Of a stretch of DNA of 58,113 nt, positions 43,970 to 53,407 are shown one piece after another. How positions within the stretch are numbered: position 1 is the first letter of the stretch; each line of letters begins with the position of its first letter. The position numbers were made by a program, and so were the translations under genes. This DNA is from Eubacteriales bacterium (GTDB lineage: Bacteria; Bacillota; Clostridia; Oscillospirales; CAG-272), in the NCBI GenBank assembly GCA_045638125.1, contig JAZUAS010000046.1:1-58113 (forward strand). The letters are read 5' to 3'. The notes below the pieces were generated by a model. That model was not told the origin of the DNA and did not search any database. It saw only the letters and a list, made by a program, of their open reading frames with translations.

Positions 43970-45520
43970 ATGAGTTTAAGAAGTAAAAGCATATCCCGTA
44001 ATATGATCGTCTCGCTGATAAATCAGGTGGTGACGTTGGTTGCGGGATTGGTAGTTCAACGATATATTTTGGTCGCTTACGGTTCTACCTATAACGGTCT
44101 TACCTCCCTTGTGACTCAGATAATGTCCTATCTGGTGCTTTTGGAGGCGGGGCTTGGCGCGGCATCTACTCAAGCGTTGTATAAGCCCTTAGGTGAAAAA
44201 GATTGGAAACGTGCAAGCGGAATAATGAGCGCTACCGCTATCTCTTACCGCAACGTAGGATTTATGTTCTCAGGACTTCTTGTGGGAGGAGCATTGCTGG
44301 TTCCCATTATTGCCAGCGGAGAGGTCGATTTTATTTTGGCGGCATTGCTTACTCTGTTGACGGGAGGAAGCTATGTCTTTACTTATTTGGTCAGTGGAAA
44401 ATATGCGGCTTTTCTTACTGCTGATCGTAAGAGCTATGTTCGTTCGCTAATTTCGACCGTAACGACCATTATGTCTGCGGTTTTGCGTATTATTGCTCTC
44501 AATAATGGGCAGGATATTCTTTTTGTGCAGTCGATAGGGTTGGGATGTTCAATTCTTCACGGTGTAGTAACTATACTATATGTAAAAAGAAAATATCCAC
44601 TGTTAAATTTGCGAGAAAAACCCGATTTCGGTGCAATTGGAAAGAGGTGGAACGTTTTTGTCCATCAAATTGCAGGTATTGTTGTCAATCACACCGATAT
44701 TCTCATACTTTCTGTTGTAGATACACTTAAACAAGTAAGCGTTTACAGCGCTTATAATATGATTTACTCTCATTTGGGGACCTTTGTTCAGTCAACCTTT
44801 ATGCAAGCGCCACAGGGTGACTTTGGACAGCTGTATAATACGGATAAAAAAGCTTTTGAAAAGCTTTATGCCTTTTATGAGACAATGTTTACTGTGATCT
44901 TGTTTATCATTGCCACATTGGCGCTGCTTTTGACTTTGCCATTTATCCGTCTTTATACCGCGAACGTCGCCGATGTCGAGTACATCGACATATGGCTTCC
45001 TGTTCTGTTTGTTGCCATCTTTATTATGAATCAGGTACGAGCATCTGCTATAATTACCGTCAATGCGGCGGGAGCATTCAAGGAGACTCAATGGGGAGCT
45101 ATAGTTGAGGCAGTGATAAATATAGTAGTGTCGTTGTCACTATTCTTCTTTACCGATCTCGGTATGAAGGGACTTTTGCTGGGAACCGTGGCATCTTATC
45201 TCTTCCGAACAGTTGACGTTATATCTTACGTTTACCGAAAGCTTATAGACCGTTCAATAGGTAGATTTTTGCGTCTTGTGTTTGCAAACGTGGTTGCTCT
45301 CGGTGTTCTTGTGTTAGTGTTTTATATATGGCATCCCATAGAGGCCACGTCTTATTTTGACTGGTTTGTACGTGCGGTTGTTTTAGGTATCATTACCGTA
45401 TTTACTTACGTAGTATTTAATTTTCTTATAAATTTCCGCGATACTCGTGATATGCTTGCGAGAATCATTAATAAATTTTATAAAAAAAGAAGAATAAAAG
45501 GGAAGGAGGATAACAGATGA
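43970..45520 (+). CDS. wzx: Wzx-type oligosaccharide flippase (MOP/polysaccharide biosynthesis protein family)
   Basis: About 516 aa with roughly 12-14 TM segments and the N-terminal pattern typical of Wzx. The start is chosen at ATG 43970; the ORF-track TTG at 43958 overlaps the upstream stop. Confidence 0.7.
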   Translation: MSLRSKSISRNMIVSLINQVVTLVAGLVVQRYILVAYGSTYNGLTSLVTQIMSYLVLLEAGLGAASTQALYKPLGEKDWKRASGIMSATAISYRNVGFMFSGLLVGGALLVPIIASGEVDFILAALLTLLTGGSYVFTYLVSGKYAAFLTADRKSYVRSLISTVTTIMSAVLRIIALNNGQDILFVQSIGLGCSILHGVVTILYVKRKYPLLNLREKPDFGAIGKRWNVFVHQIAGIVVNHTDILILSVVDTLKQVSVYSAYNMIYSHLGTFVQSTFMQAPQGDFGQLYNTDKKAFEKLYAFYETMFTVILFIIATLALLLTLPFIRLYTANVADVEYIDIWLPVLFVAIFIMNQVRASAIITVNAAGAFKETQWGAIVEAVINIVVSLSLFFFTDLGMKGLLLGTVASYLFRTVDVISYVYRKLIDRSIGRFLRLVFANVVALGVLVLVFYIWHPIEATSYFDWFVRAVVLGIITVFTYVVFNFLINFRDTRDMLARIINKFYKKRRIKGKEDNR

Positions 45521-46827
45521 CGGATAAAACCATTTTGCCCAACCCAAAATCGAGAAGTACAGTTATAGATCTTAATCATTTACTATTGATCGCTCTGTAT
45601 GTATGTGCGTTTTTTGCATTCCTTTCAAAAGATTTGTGGATATTTACTGGCCCGGTTATGGCGGTGCTTTGCGTGTATCTGTATTTTAAGGGATTTGCAG
45701 AATACGTTACTGCGCTTATTGTTATAGCTAATGATGCAATGGGAACTATATTCCTCGGCTCTGTGTCATTCCCATACCTGCTCATAGTGCTTGCATTGAT
45801 TCGTTTTGTTTTAGTCAAGCGGCGCATAAGCATACAGGAAATTGTGTTCTTTGCGGTTTCGCTGCTTTTGCTTATAGAGCTTATGGCGGTTGAACTGATA
45901 GATGGTCGAGCGGTATTTTATTCTATGACGTACATCGTCGGATTTTTGGCGCTTTCTCGAGGTGATGAATGGACTCATCGTCTTTTGCGCGGTATTACCG
46001 TTGCCGTTGCGCTTATTTCGCTGCATGCTGTTGTCACAGGCGGTGTACCGTACGTTGAGATCGATGTTTCCGGATCGTCATCTATCATATCTGTGATTCG
46101 TTATGGCGTTTTAGGTACTGGAAACGGCGACCCTAATTTCTCTGCTTTTTTGATAAACGTGGGATTAGCTTGTACATTGGGAGACCCAAAGCTTCGATGG
46201 TTAACAAAGCTTCTATTATCCTTGCTGTACTTCTTTGCGCTCGGTGTTACGGTTTCGATATCGGGACTTTTGGCGGCAGCTTGTATCTTGATAATTTTTT
46301 TGCTTTTGCGAAACAAACCCAGCAAGGGATTGTTGATTCTATGTATTTCAATTTTTGCATTGATTGTTGCTTTCCAGTTATATATTAATCTGCCGGATAC
46401 TATGCGTAATGCGACAATTGACGGATACATTTTGCGTATTGAGGAAGCATTGGGTATGGCATCCGACGGAGATATTTCGGGTGCTACCACAAACCGATCA
46501 GAAATTCTTTTGGGATACATTTATTATATCTTTGATCAGCCTATATTAGGATTGCTATTTGGCGGAAATTCACTTAAGGTTGACGGCAGAGGAATGCCTC
46601 ACAATACTTTTATAGGTATTATACTACAAATAGGCTGTATTGGTTTTTTGTGCCTTATGTTTTGGATGGGATTGCAAGTTTTCCAAAATATCAAAAAGCC
46701 AAAGGATGATCTTTGTCGCAAACAAAATCTGCTTTTAAAGGCACTCTGTATTTTTATGGCATTTACGTTAAGCTTCTATCAGGGAAGTCTTTGGGCACTT
46801 TGGATGTTCTTCATTTTTCTGTTGTAG
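45517..46827 (+). CDS. wzy: O-antigen ligase/polymerase-like (Wzy) membrane protein
   Basis: 436-aa polytopic protein with a large loop containing PHNTFIGIILQIGCIGF (Wzy_C-like H-N motif). Confidence 0.65.
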   Translation: MTDKTILPNPKSRSTVIDLNHLLLIALYVCAFFAFLSKDLWIFTGPVMAVLCVYLYFKGFAEYVTALIVIANDAMGTIFLGSVSFPYLLIVLALIRFVLVKRRISIQEIVFFAVSLLLLIELMAVELIDGRAVFYSMTYIVGFLALSRGDEWTHRLLRGITVAVALISLHAVVTGGVPYVEIDVSGSSSIISVIRYGVLGTGNGDPNFSAFLINVGLACTLGDPKLRWLTKLLLSLLYFFALGVTVSISGLLAAACILIIFLLLRNKPSKGLLILCISIFALIVAFQLYINLPDTMRNATIDGYILRIEEALGMASDGDISGATTNRSEILLGYIYYIFDQPILGLLFGGNSLKVDGRGMPHNTFIGIILQIGCIGFLCLMFWMGLQVFQNIKKPKDDLCRKQNLLLKALCIFMAFTLSFYQGSLWALWMFFIFLL

Positions 46828-46892
46828 AGTGATTACAAAATCCCCAAGATTACCAAAATTTAAATATAGAAATATAATTAAGGAACTAAAAA

Positions 46893-48902
46893 ATGAAAGC
46901 CCTAATACTCAATTCCGGTCTTGGTCGCAGAATGGGAGTGCTGACAAGCGAGCATCCCAAGTGCATGACCGAGATATCGGCAAAGGATACTATACTTTCC
47001 CGTCAGCTTCGCTTGATCGCAGAGGCGGGAATAAGTGAAGTGGTTATGACCACGGGATATTTCGACGAGGTGCTGGTAAATTACTGCCACTCGCTGAATC
47101 TTCCCCTGCATTATACCTTTGTAAACAACCCTGTTTACGACACTACTAACTACATTTATTCTATATACTGCGCTCGTGACACTCTTGTGGGCGAGGACAT
47201 CGTGCTTATGCACGGTGACCTTGTGTTTGAAAGCGAGGTATTTGACAAGGTTATTGCAAGTGACGTAAGCTGCATGACGGTCAGCTCGACTTTGCCCCTG
47301 CCCGAAAAGGATTTCAAGGCGGTGATAGGCGAGGGAAGAGTCAAGGCGGTAGGCATCGAGTTCTTTACCGACGCTCTGGCGGCTCAGCCTCTTTATAAGC
47401 TTTGCCAAAATGATTGGAAGGTCTGGCTCGACGAGATAATCGCTTTCTGCGAGAGCGACAACAGAAAGTGCTACGCTGAGAACGCTTTCAACAAGGTATC
47501 GGACAAGTGTCTCATCTATCCTCTTGACGTTGCTAACGCCCTTTGCGGCGAGATCGACACGCCCGAAGATCTGGCAGTTGTAGCATCGAGAATTGCCGAG
47601 CTTGAGAGACGCACCGTTTATATGTGTTTCTCCACCGATATGATCCACGGCGGACATATTGCCATCATCAAGAAGGCGCAGAAGTTAGGTAAGCTTATTA
47701 TCGGCGTACTTTCCGACGAGGCGGTTGCTTCCTACAAGCGTTTTCCGCTTATGCCTTATGCCGAAAGGAAATCTCTTGTGGAGAACATCAACGGTGTTTA
47801 CTCTGTTGTCGAGCAAAGGGAGCTGAGCTACGCCGAGAACATCAGAGCCTTGAAGCCGACTTATGTCGTCCACGGCGACGACTGGCGCGAGGGCTTTCAG
47901 AAGCCTATCCGCGACGAGGTGGTTGAGCTTCTTTCCGAATATGGCGGCAAGCTTGTTGAGTACCCCTACTCCAAGACCGAAACCTACCTTGAAATGGAAA
48001 AGATCTCCCGAGCGCAGCTTTCTATGCCCGATGTCCGTCGCGGCAGATTGAAGAAGCTTATCTCTATGAAGGGTCTCGTCACGGCTATGGAAGCGCACAG
48101 CGGCATCACGGGTCTTATCGTTGAGCAGACCAAGGTGTTGCAGGACGGCAAGACCTATCAGTTCGACGCAATGTGGGTATCATCGCTTTGCGACAGTACG
48201 GCAAAGGGCAAGCCCGACATCGAGCTTGTTGACATGACGTCACGTTTCCGCACCATCGACGATATTATGGAGGTCACCACCAAGCCGATAATTTTTGACG
48301 GCGACACGGGAGGACTGACCGAGCATTTCGTTTATACCGTCAAGAGCCTTGAGAGAATGGGCGTTTCCATGGTCATCATCGAGGACAAGACCGGACTTAA
48401 AAAGAACTCGCTCTTCGGTACCGAGGTCGAGCAGACCCAGGACAGCATCGAGAACTTCTGTGAGAAGATCAGAGCTGGCAAAAAGGCGCAAAAAACCAAG
48501 GAATTTATGATCTGCGCGCGCATCGAGTCGCTTATCCTTGAAAGAGGAATGGAGGACGCGCTGGAAAGAGCCTTTGCGTTCTCGGATGCCGGGGCCGACG
48601 CTATTATGATCCATAGCCGCAAGAAGGACCCTGCGGAGATCTTCGAGTTTGTTGAAAAATTCCGTCAGCAGAACAAGGCGACTCCCATCGTGGTAGTTCC
48701 TACCTCTTTCAATGCCGTTACCGAGCAGGAGTTTAAGGACAGGGGCGTTAACGTGGTCATCTACGCGAACCAGCTGACAAGAAGCGGTTTCCCCGCAATG
48801 CAAAAGACCGCCCTTACCATCCTTGAAAATCACCGCGCCAAGGAAGCGGATGATATGTGTATGTCCATCAAAGACATCATTACCCTTATTCCGGAGGAAT
48901 AA
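46893..48902 (+). CDS. pepM: Tri-domain fusion: LicC-like nucleotidyltransferase, TagD-like cytidylyltransferase and phosphoenolpyruvate mutase
   Basis: 669 aa. Residues 1-240 have MKALILNSGLGRRMG (NTP-transferase G-loop). The middle has VYMCFSTDMIHGGHIAIIKKA (H-x-G-H cytidylyltransferase motif). The C-terminus has FDAMWVSS, IIFDGDTGG and VIIEDKTGLKKNSLFG (PEP mutase EDK..K.NS motif). Confidence 0.8.
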   Translation: MKALILNSGLGRRMGVLTSEHPKCMTEISAKDTILSRQLRLIAEAGISEVVMTTGYFDEVLVNYCHSLNLPLHYTFVNNPVYDTTNYIYSIYCARDTLVGEDIVLMHGDLVFESEVFDKVIASDVSCMTVSSTLPLPEKDFKAVIGEGRVKAVGIEFFTDALAAQPLYKLCQNDWKVWLDEIIAFCESDNRKCYAENAFNKVSDKCLIYPLDVANALCGEIDTPEDLAVVASRIAELERRTVYMCFSTDMIHGGHIAIIKKAQKLGKLIIGVLSDEAVASYKRFPLMPYAERKSLVENINGVYSVVEQRELSYAENIRALKPTYVVHGDDWREGFQKPIRDEVVELLSEYGGKLVEYPYSKTETYLEMEKISRAQLSMPDVRRGRLKKLISMKGLVTAMEAHSGITGLIVEQTKVLQDGKTYQFDAMWVSSLCDSTAKGKPDIELVDMTSRFRTIDDIMEVTTKPIIFDGDTGGLTEHFVYTVKSLERMGVSMVIIEDKTGLKKNSLFGTEVEQTQDSIENFCEKIRAGKKAQKTKEFMICARIESLILERGMEDALERAFAFSDAGADAIMIHSRKKDPAEIFEFVEKFRQQNKATPIVVVPTSFNAVTEQEFKDRGVNVVIYANQLTRSGFPAMQKTALTILENHRAKEADDMCMSIKDIITLIPEE

Positions 48903-48938
48903 GAGTATCCCCGAAGAATAATTTTTGAGGAATAAAAA

Positions 48939-50048
48939 GTGAAACAAAAAATTATTAAAGGAAGTGCATCCTATAGGGAGCTTGGAGAAGCGCTCTGCTC
49001 CCTTGGGGTCACCAAATATATGCTGGTCTATAGCGGATCGGCAAAAAGACTCCCCGTGTGGGAGTATCTTGCAGAGCTTGACGTCCCCCGCGTGCTCTTT
49101 TCAAACTTTACTCCCAATCCCAAGTATGAGGAGATCGTGGGCGGTGTTGACCTGTTTCGTGCCGAGAAGTGCGACGGAATCCTTGCCATAGGTGGCGGAA
49201 GTGCCATCGACGTGGCAAAATGCATCAAGCTCTACTCAAAAATGAGCAAGGACAAGCTTTACCTTGATCAAGAGTGTACCGACACGGGTATTCCGCTTAT
49301 CGCTCTGCCCACAACTGCGGGAACGGGAAGCGAATCCACTCCTTTTTCGGTTATATACTATAAAGGAGAGAAACAGTCGGTCAAGCACCCGAGCATTTTG
49401 CCCGACGTGGCGATTTTGGACGGTGACGTGCTTGAAAATCTGCCCACATATCAGAAAAAATGCACCGTGCTGGATGCTTACTGTCAAGCTATCGAGGCTT
49501 GGTGGAGCGTAAATTCCGGTGACGAGAGCAAGGCTTGCTCAAAGGCCGCTATCGAGCTGATAAGAGACTATATTTTCGAATACGTGGAGCAAAACACCCC
49601 CATCGCTCGCGACAAAATTATGACGGCATCAAATCTTGCAGGTCAGGCGATAGCGTACACCGCTACTACCGCTCCCCACGCTATGAGCTATAAGCTGACT
49701 ACCACCTACGGTTATCCCCATGGTCATTCTGTAGGAATCAGCCTGCCTAGAGTGTGGAAATATATGATTGAAAATTATGAGAGCTGCAACGACCGTCGAG
49801 GAGCAGATTACGTTCTTGCAACCTTTGACGAGATAGCCAATGCTATGGGCTACGCCACCGCCAGAGATGCGGCAGAGGGCTTTGAGGCTATGCTTTCAAG
49901 GCTTGAAATAGCCTATCCTCACGATGAAAACAGGGAAGAGATGGCACGCTATCTTGCCGCTTCGGTCAACGTAGAGCGACTTGGCAATAATCCTGTCTCG
50001 CTCGATAACGAAGCTCTTTACAATCTTTATCTGGAGATGTTTATATAA
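48939..50048 (+). CDS. Group III iron-containing alcohol dehydrogenase (candidate phosphonoacetaldehyde reductase)
   Basis: 369 aa with a GTG start after GAGGAA. It has GGGSAIDVAKCIK and His-rich metal-site regions (HAMSY, HGHSVG). It lies between pepM and ppd. Confidence 0.7.
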   Translation: MKQKIIKGSASYRELGEALCSLGVTKYMLVYSGSAKRLPVWEYLAELDVPRVLFSNFTPNPKYEEIVGGVDLFRAEKCDGILAIGGGSAIDVAKCIKLYSKMSKDKLYLDQECTDTGIPLIALPTTAGTGSESTPFSVIYYKGEKQSVKHPSILPDVAILDGDVLENLPTYQKKCTVLDAYCQAIEAWWSVNSGDESKACSKAAIELIRDYIFEYVEQNTPIARDKIMTASNLAGQAIAYTATTAPHAMSYKLTTTYGYPHGHSVGISLPRVWKYMIENYESCNDRRGADYVLATFDEIANAMGYATARDAAEGFEAMLSRLEIAYPHDENREEMARYLAASVNVERLGNNPVSLDNEALYNLYLEMFI

Positions 50049-51157
50049 TGAAGCTTGATTTTTTAAAGGAATTTGAATTTTTTGCGGGAGTTCCCGATTC
50101 ACTCCTCAAGCCTCTCTGCAATTACCTTATGGCGACCTACGGCATTTCAAGTAAGCACGTGATTGCCGCCAACGAGGGCAACGCCGTGGGACTTGCGGCA
50201 GGCTACCACTTGGCAACGGGCAAGGTTCCGGTGGTTTATATGCAGAACAGCGGTCTTGGTAATATCATCAACCCCGTGGCGTCGCTTATGAACGATAAGG
50301 TTTACGGTATTCCTTGCCTCTTTATCGTAGGCTGGCGAGGCGAGCCGGGAGTTCACGACGAGCCCCAGCATATCTATCAAGGCGGGGTTACCGTGCGTCT
50401 TCTTGAGGACATGGATATTGCTACCTTTGTAGTAAGCAAGGATACAGCCGCCGCGGAGCTTGAAGAGAAGATGACGGAGTTCCGTCAACTTTGGGCCATC
50501 GGTAAGCAGACCGCCCTCGTTATCCGCAAAGGCGCGCTTGAATTTGACGGAAAGGTCAAGTATTCAAACGACAATAAAATGGTGCGCGAGGAGATAATCG
50601 AGCATATTGCAGCTGCAAGTGAGGGCGACGTAGTGGTTTCCACCACGGGCAAGGCCTCCAGAGAGCTTTTTGAGATCAGAGAGAGAAGAGGGCAGACACA
50701 CGGCTCGGATTTCCTCACCGTGGGCTCTATGGGACATTCCTCGTCGATAGCTCTTGCCATCGCCAATGAAAAGCCCGACCGCAAGATCTGGATAATCGAC
50801 GGCGACGGTGCGTTGCTTATGCACATGGGATCTATGGCACTACTCGGTGTCAATGCGCCCCCAAATGTGGTTCACGTCGTTATAAATAACGGCGCGCACG
50901 AAACAGTTGGTGGTCTCCCCACCGTGGCAGAGAAGATAGATCTTATGAAGATTGCAGAGGGATGCGGCTACCCCTCATTTGAGAGTGTCGATAGCTTCGA
51001 GGCGCTGGATAAGGCGCTTGTAGCGGCAAAGGCAGCCGACCACCTCTCGTTTATTGAGGTCAAGTGCTCCATCGGAGCGAGAGACGACCTCGGCAGACCC
51101 ACGACCACAGCGAAAGAAAATAAAGAGAACTTTATGAAGTACTTGGAGGATAAATAA
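50048..51157 (+). CDS. ppd: Phosphonopyruvate decarboxylase (ThDP-dependent)
   Basis: 369 aa. It has FAGVPDSLLKPLCNY...ANEGNAVGLAAGY and the ThDP motif IDGDGALLMHMGSMA...NNGAHETVGG. Confidence 0.85.
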   Translation: MKLDFLKEFEFFAGVPDSLLKPLCNYLMATYGISSKHVIAANEGNAVGLAAGYHLATGKVPVVYMQNSGLGNIINPVASLMNDKVYGIPCLFIVGWRGEPGVHDEPQHIYQGGVTVRLLEDMDIATFVVSKDTAAAELEEKMTEFRQLWAIGKQTALVIRKGALEFDGKVKYSNDNKMVREEIIEHIAAASEGDVVVSTTGKASRELFEIRERRGQTHGSDFLTVGSMGHSSSIALAIANEKPDRKIWIIDGDGALLMHMGSMALLGVNAPPNVVHVVINNGAHETVGGLPTVAEKIDLMKIAEGCGYPSFESVDSFEALDKALVAAKAADHLSFIEVKCSIGARDDLGRPTTTAKENKENFMKYLEDK

Positions 51158-51158
51158 A

Positions 51159-52205
51159 ATGGGACTTTTTACAGGTAAAACACTTTTGATCACAGGCGGT
51201 ACAGGCTCTTTTGGTAACGCCGTACTTAACAGATTTCTTGACACTGACATCGGTGAGATCAGAATCTTCTCTCGCGATGAAAAGAAGCAGGACGATATGC
51301 GTCACTACTTCCAGGTGACAAAGCCCGAGGTTTCCGAGAAGATCAAATTCTATATCGGTGACGTACGCGACATCGCAAGCGTGCGCAACGCTATGCACGG
51401 AGTTGACTACATATTCCACGCGGCGGCGCTGAAGCAGGTGCCCTCTTGTGAGTTTTTCCCCATTGAGGCGGTAAAGACCAACGTGCTTGGTACCGAGAAC
51501 GTACTTACTGCCGCAATCGACGCGGGAGTTAAGAACATCGTCTGCCTCTCCACCGACAAGGCGGCTTACCCCGTAAACGCTATGGGAACAAGTAAGGCTA
51601 TGATGGAGAAGGACATCGTGGCGAAGTCGAGAACAGTCTGCCCCGAAAAGACCAAGATCTGCTGCACCCGTTACGGTAACGTAATGTGCTCTCGCGGCTC
51701 TGTAATTCCGCTTTGGATCGACCAGATCCGCGCAGGTAACCCCATAACCGTTACCGACCCCACAATGACCAGATTTATTATGTCACTTGACGAAGCGGTG
51801 GATCTCGTTCTCTTCGCATTTGAGCACGGTGAGAGCGGTGATATTCTTGTTCAGAAAGCGCCTGCTTGCACCATCAAGACCCAGGCAGAGGCTGTTTGCG
51901 AGCTTTTCGGCGGCGACAAGAACGCTATCAAGGTCATCGGCATCCGTCACGGTGAGAAGATGTACGAAACTCTCCTTACCAACGAGGAGTGCGCTAATGC
52001 AATCGACCTTGGCAACTTCTACCGCGTACCCTGCGATAAGCGCGGACTCAACTACGATAAGTACTTCAACAAGGGCGATACCGAAAGAAATCCCCTCACC
52101 GAGTTCAACTCTCACAATACCCAGCTCCTTAACGTTGAGGAGACCAAGGCGAAAATCGCGTCTCTTGCCTATATTCAGGAAGAATTGGCGAAATCGGGTA
52201 AATAA
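51159..52205 (+). CDS. fnlA: UDP-N-acetylglucosamine 4,6-dehydratase/5-epimerase (CapE/FnlA/WbjB type)
   Basis: 348 aa. KTLLITGGTGSFGNAVLNRFLDTDIGEIRIFSRDEKKQDDMR is nearly the S. aureus CapE N-terminus as I recall it. Confidence 0.9.
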   Translation: MGLFTGKTLLITGGTGSFGNAVLNRFLDTDIGEIRIFSRDEKKQDDMRHYFQVTKPEVSEKIKFYIGDVRDIASVRNAMHGVDYIFHAAALKQVPSCEFFPIEAVKTNVLGTENVLTAAIDAGVKNIVCLSTDKAAYPVNAMGTSKAMMEKDIVAKSRTVCPEKTKICCTRYGNVMCSRGSVIPLWIDQIRAGNPITVTDPTMTRFIMSLDEAVDLVLFAFEHGESGDILVQKAPACTIKTQAEAVCELFGGDKNAIKVIGIRHGEKMYETLLTNEECANAIDLGNFYRVPCDKRGLNYDKYFNKGDTERNPLTEFNSHNTQLLNVEETKAKIASLAYIQEELAKSGK

Positions 52206-52207
52206 TT

Positions 52208-53407
52208 ATGAAAATACTTATAACAGGAGCTTGCGGCTTCGTAGGTAAAAACCTTACCGAGGCTCTCAAAAACATAAAAGACGGCAAGGATAGACGTTTT
52301 CCGTCTCTCGCTATCGACGAGCTCTATCTCTACGACATCGACACCGACGAGAGCGTCCTTGAGGAAGGCTGCAAAAATGCCGATTTCGTCTTTAATCTTG
52401 CGGGCGTTAACCGCCCTCAAAACCCCGAGGAATTTATGCAGGGCAACTTCGGCTTTGCGTCAAAGCTGCTTGAGACGCTGAAAAAATATAACAACACCTG
52501 CCCCGTAATGATCTCGTCCTCAATTCAGGCGACCTGCATCGGTCGCTACGACAGCGATTACGGACGAAGCAAAAAGGCAGGCGAGGAGCTTGTTTTCGCT
52601 TACGGCGAGGAGACGGGCGCGAAGGTTCTTGTATATCGCTTCCCGAACCTTTTCGGCAAGTGGTGCAGACCTAATTACAACAGCGCGGTGGCAACCTTCT
52701 GCAACAATATTGCAAATGACCTGCCAATAACCGTCAACGACCCCTCGGTTCAGCTTGAATTGCTCTATATCGACGATCTCGTTGACGAAATGATCGCCGC
52801 ACTTGAAGGTAGCGAGCATCGTTGCGAGTTCAACGGCATTGAAACCGTGCTTTGCGAGGGCGGACATTATTGTGCCGCTCCCGTGACCCATAAGGTCACT
52901 CTTGGTGAGATCGTGTCTCTTCTTGAGAGCTTCCGCGCCCAGCCAAATACACTTGTTATGCCCGAAATCCCCGAAAACAGCTTTTCGAAGAAGCTGTATA
53001 GCACTTATTTGTCTTATTTGCCAAGGGAGAAGGTGTTTTTCCCTTTGAAGATGAACGTGGATGCGAGAGGCAGCTTCACCGAGCTGTTAAAGACTGAAAA
53101 ATGCGGTCAGTTCTCGGTAAATATCTCAAAGCCCGGCATCACCAAGGGTCAGCATTGGCACAATACCAAGTGGGAGTTCTTTATAGTTGTAAGCGGCAAG
53201 GGACTTATTCAGATGCGCAAGATCGGAAGCGACGAGGTTCTCAATTTCGAGGTCTCGGGCGAGAAAATCGAGGCGATACATATGCTCCCGGGTTATACCC
53301 ATAATATAATCAATCTGTCGGATACAGACGATCTTGTGACCCTTATGTGGGCAAACGAGCAGTTCGATCCCGCGCGTCCCGATACTTTTTTTGAGGTGGT
53401 GGAATAA
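52208..53407 (+). CDS. fnlB: UDP-2-acetamido-2,6-dideoxy-L-talose-forming reductase/epimerase (CapF/FnlB/WbjC type; SDR plus cupin)
   Basis: 399 aa. It has ILITGACGFVGKNL, YRFPNLFGKWCRPNYNSAVATFC, LYSTYLSYLP, ARGSFTE and ISKPGITKGQHWH, matching CapF blocks. Confidence 0.9.
   Translation: MKILITGACGFVGKNLTEALKNIKDGKDRRFPSLAIDELYLYDIDTDESVLEEGCKNADFVFNLAGVNRPQNPEEFMQGNFGFASKLLETLKKYNNTCPVMISSSIQATCIGRYDSDYGRSKKAGEELVFAYGEETGAKVLVYRFPNLFGKWCRPNYNSAVATFCNNIANDLPITVNDPSVQLELLYIDDLVDEMIAALEGSEHRCEFNGIETVLCEGGHYCAAPVTHKVTLGEIVSLLESFRAQPNTLVMPEIPENSFSKKLYSTYLSYLPREKVFFPLKMNVDARGSFTELLKTEKCGQFSVNISKPGITKGQHWHNTKWEFFIVVSGKGLIQMRKIGSDEVLNFEVSGEKIEAIHMLPGYTHNIINLSDTDDLVTLMWANEQFDPARPDTFFEVVE

Noticed and set aside
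46829-47038. 69-aa ORF overlapping the start of the pepM fusion gene, plus many 60-150-aa ORFs in alternative frames across the locus
   Set aside because: They overlap strongly supported genes out of frame, lack RBSs and give compositionally odd translations.
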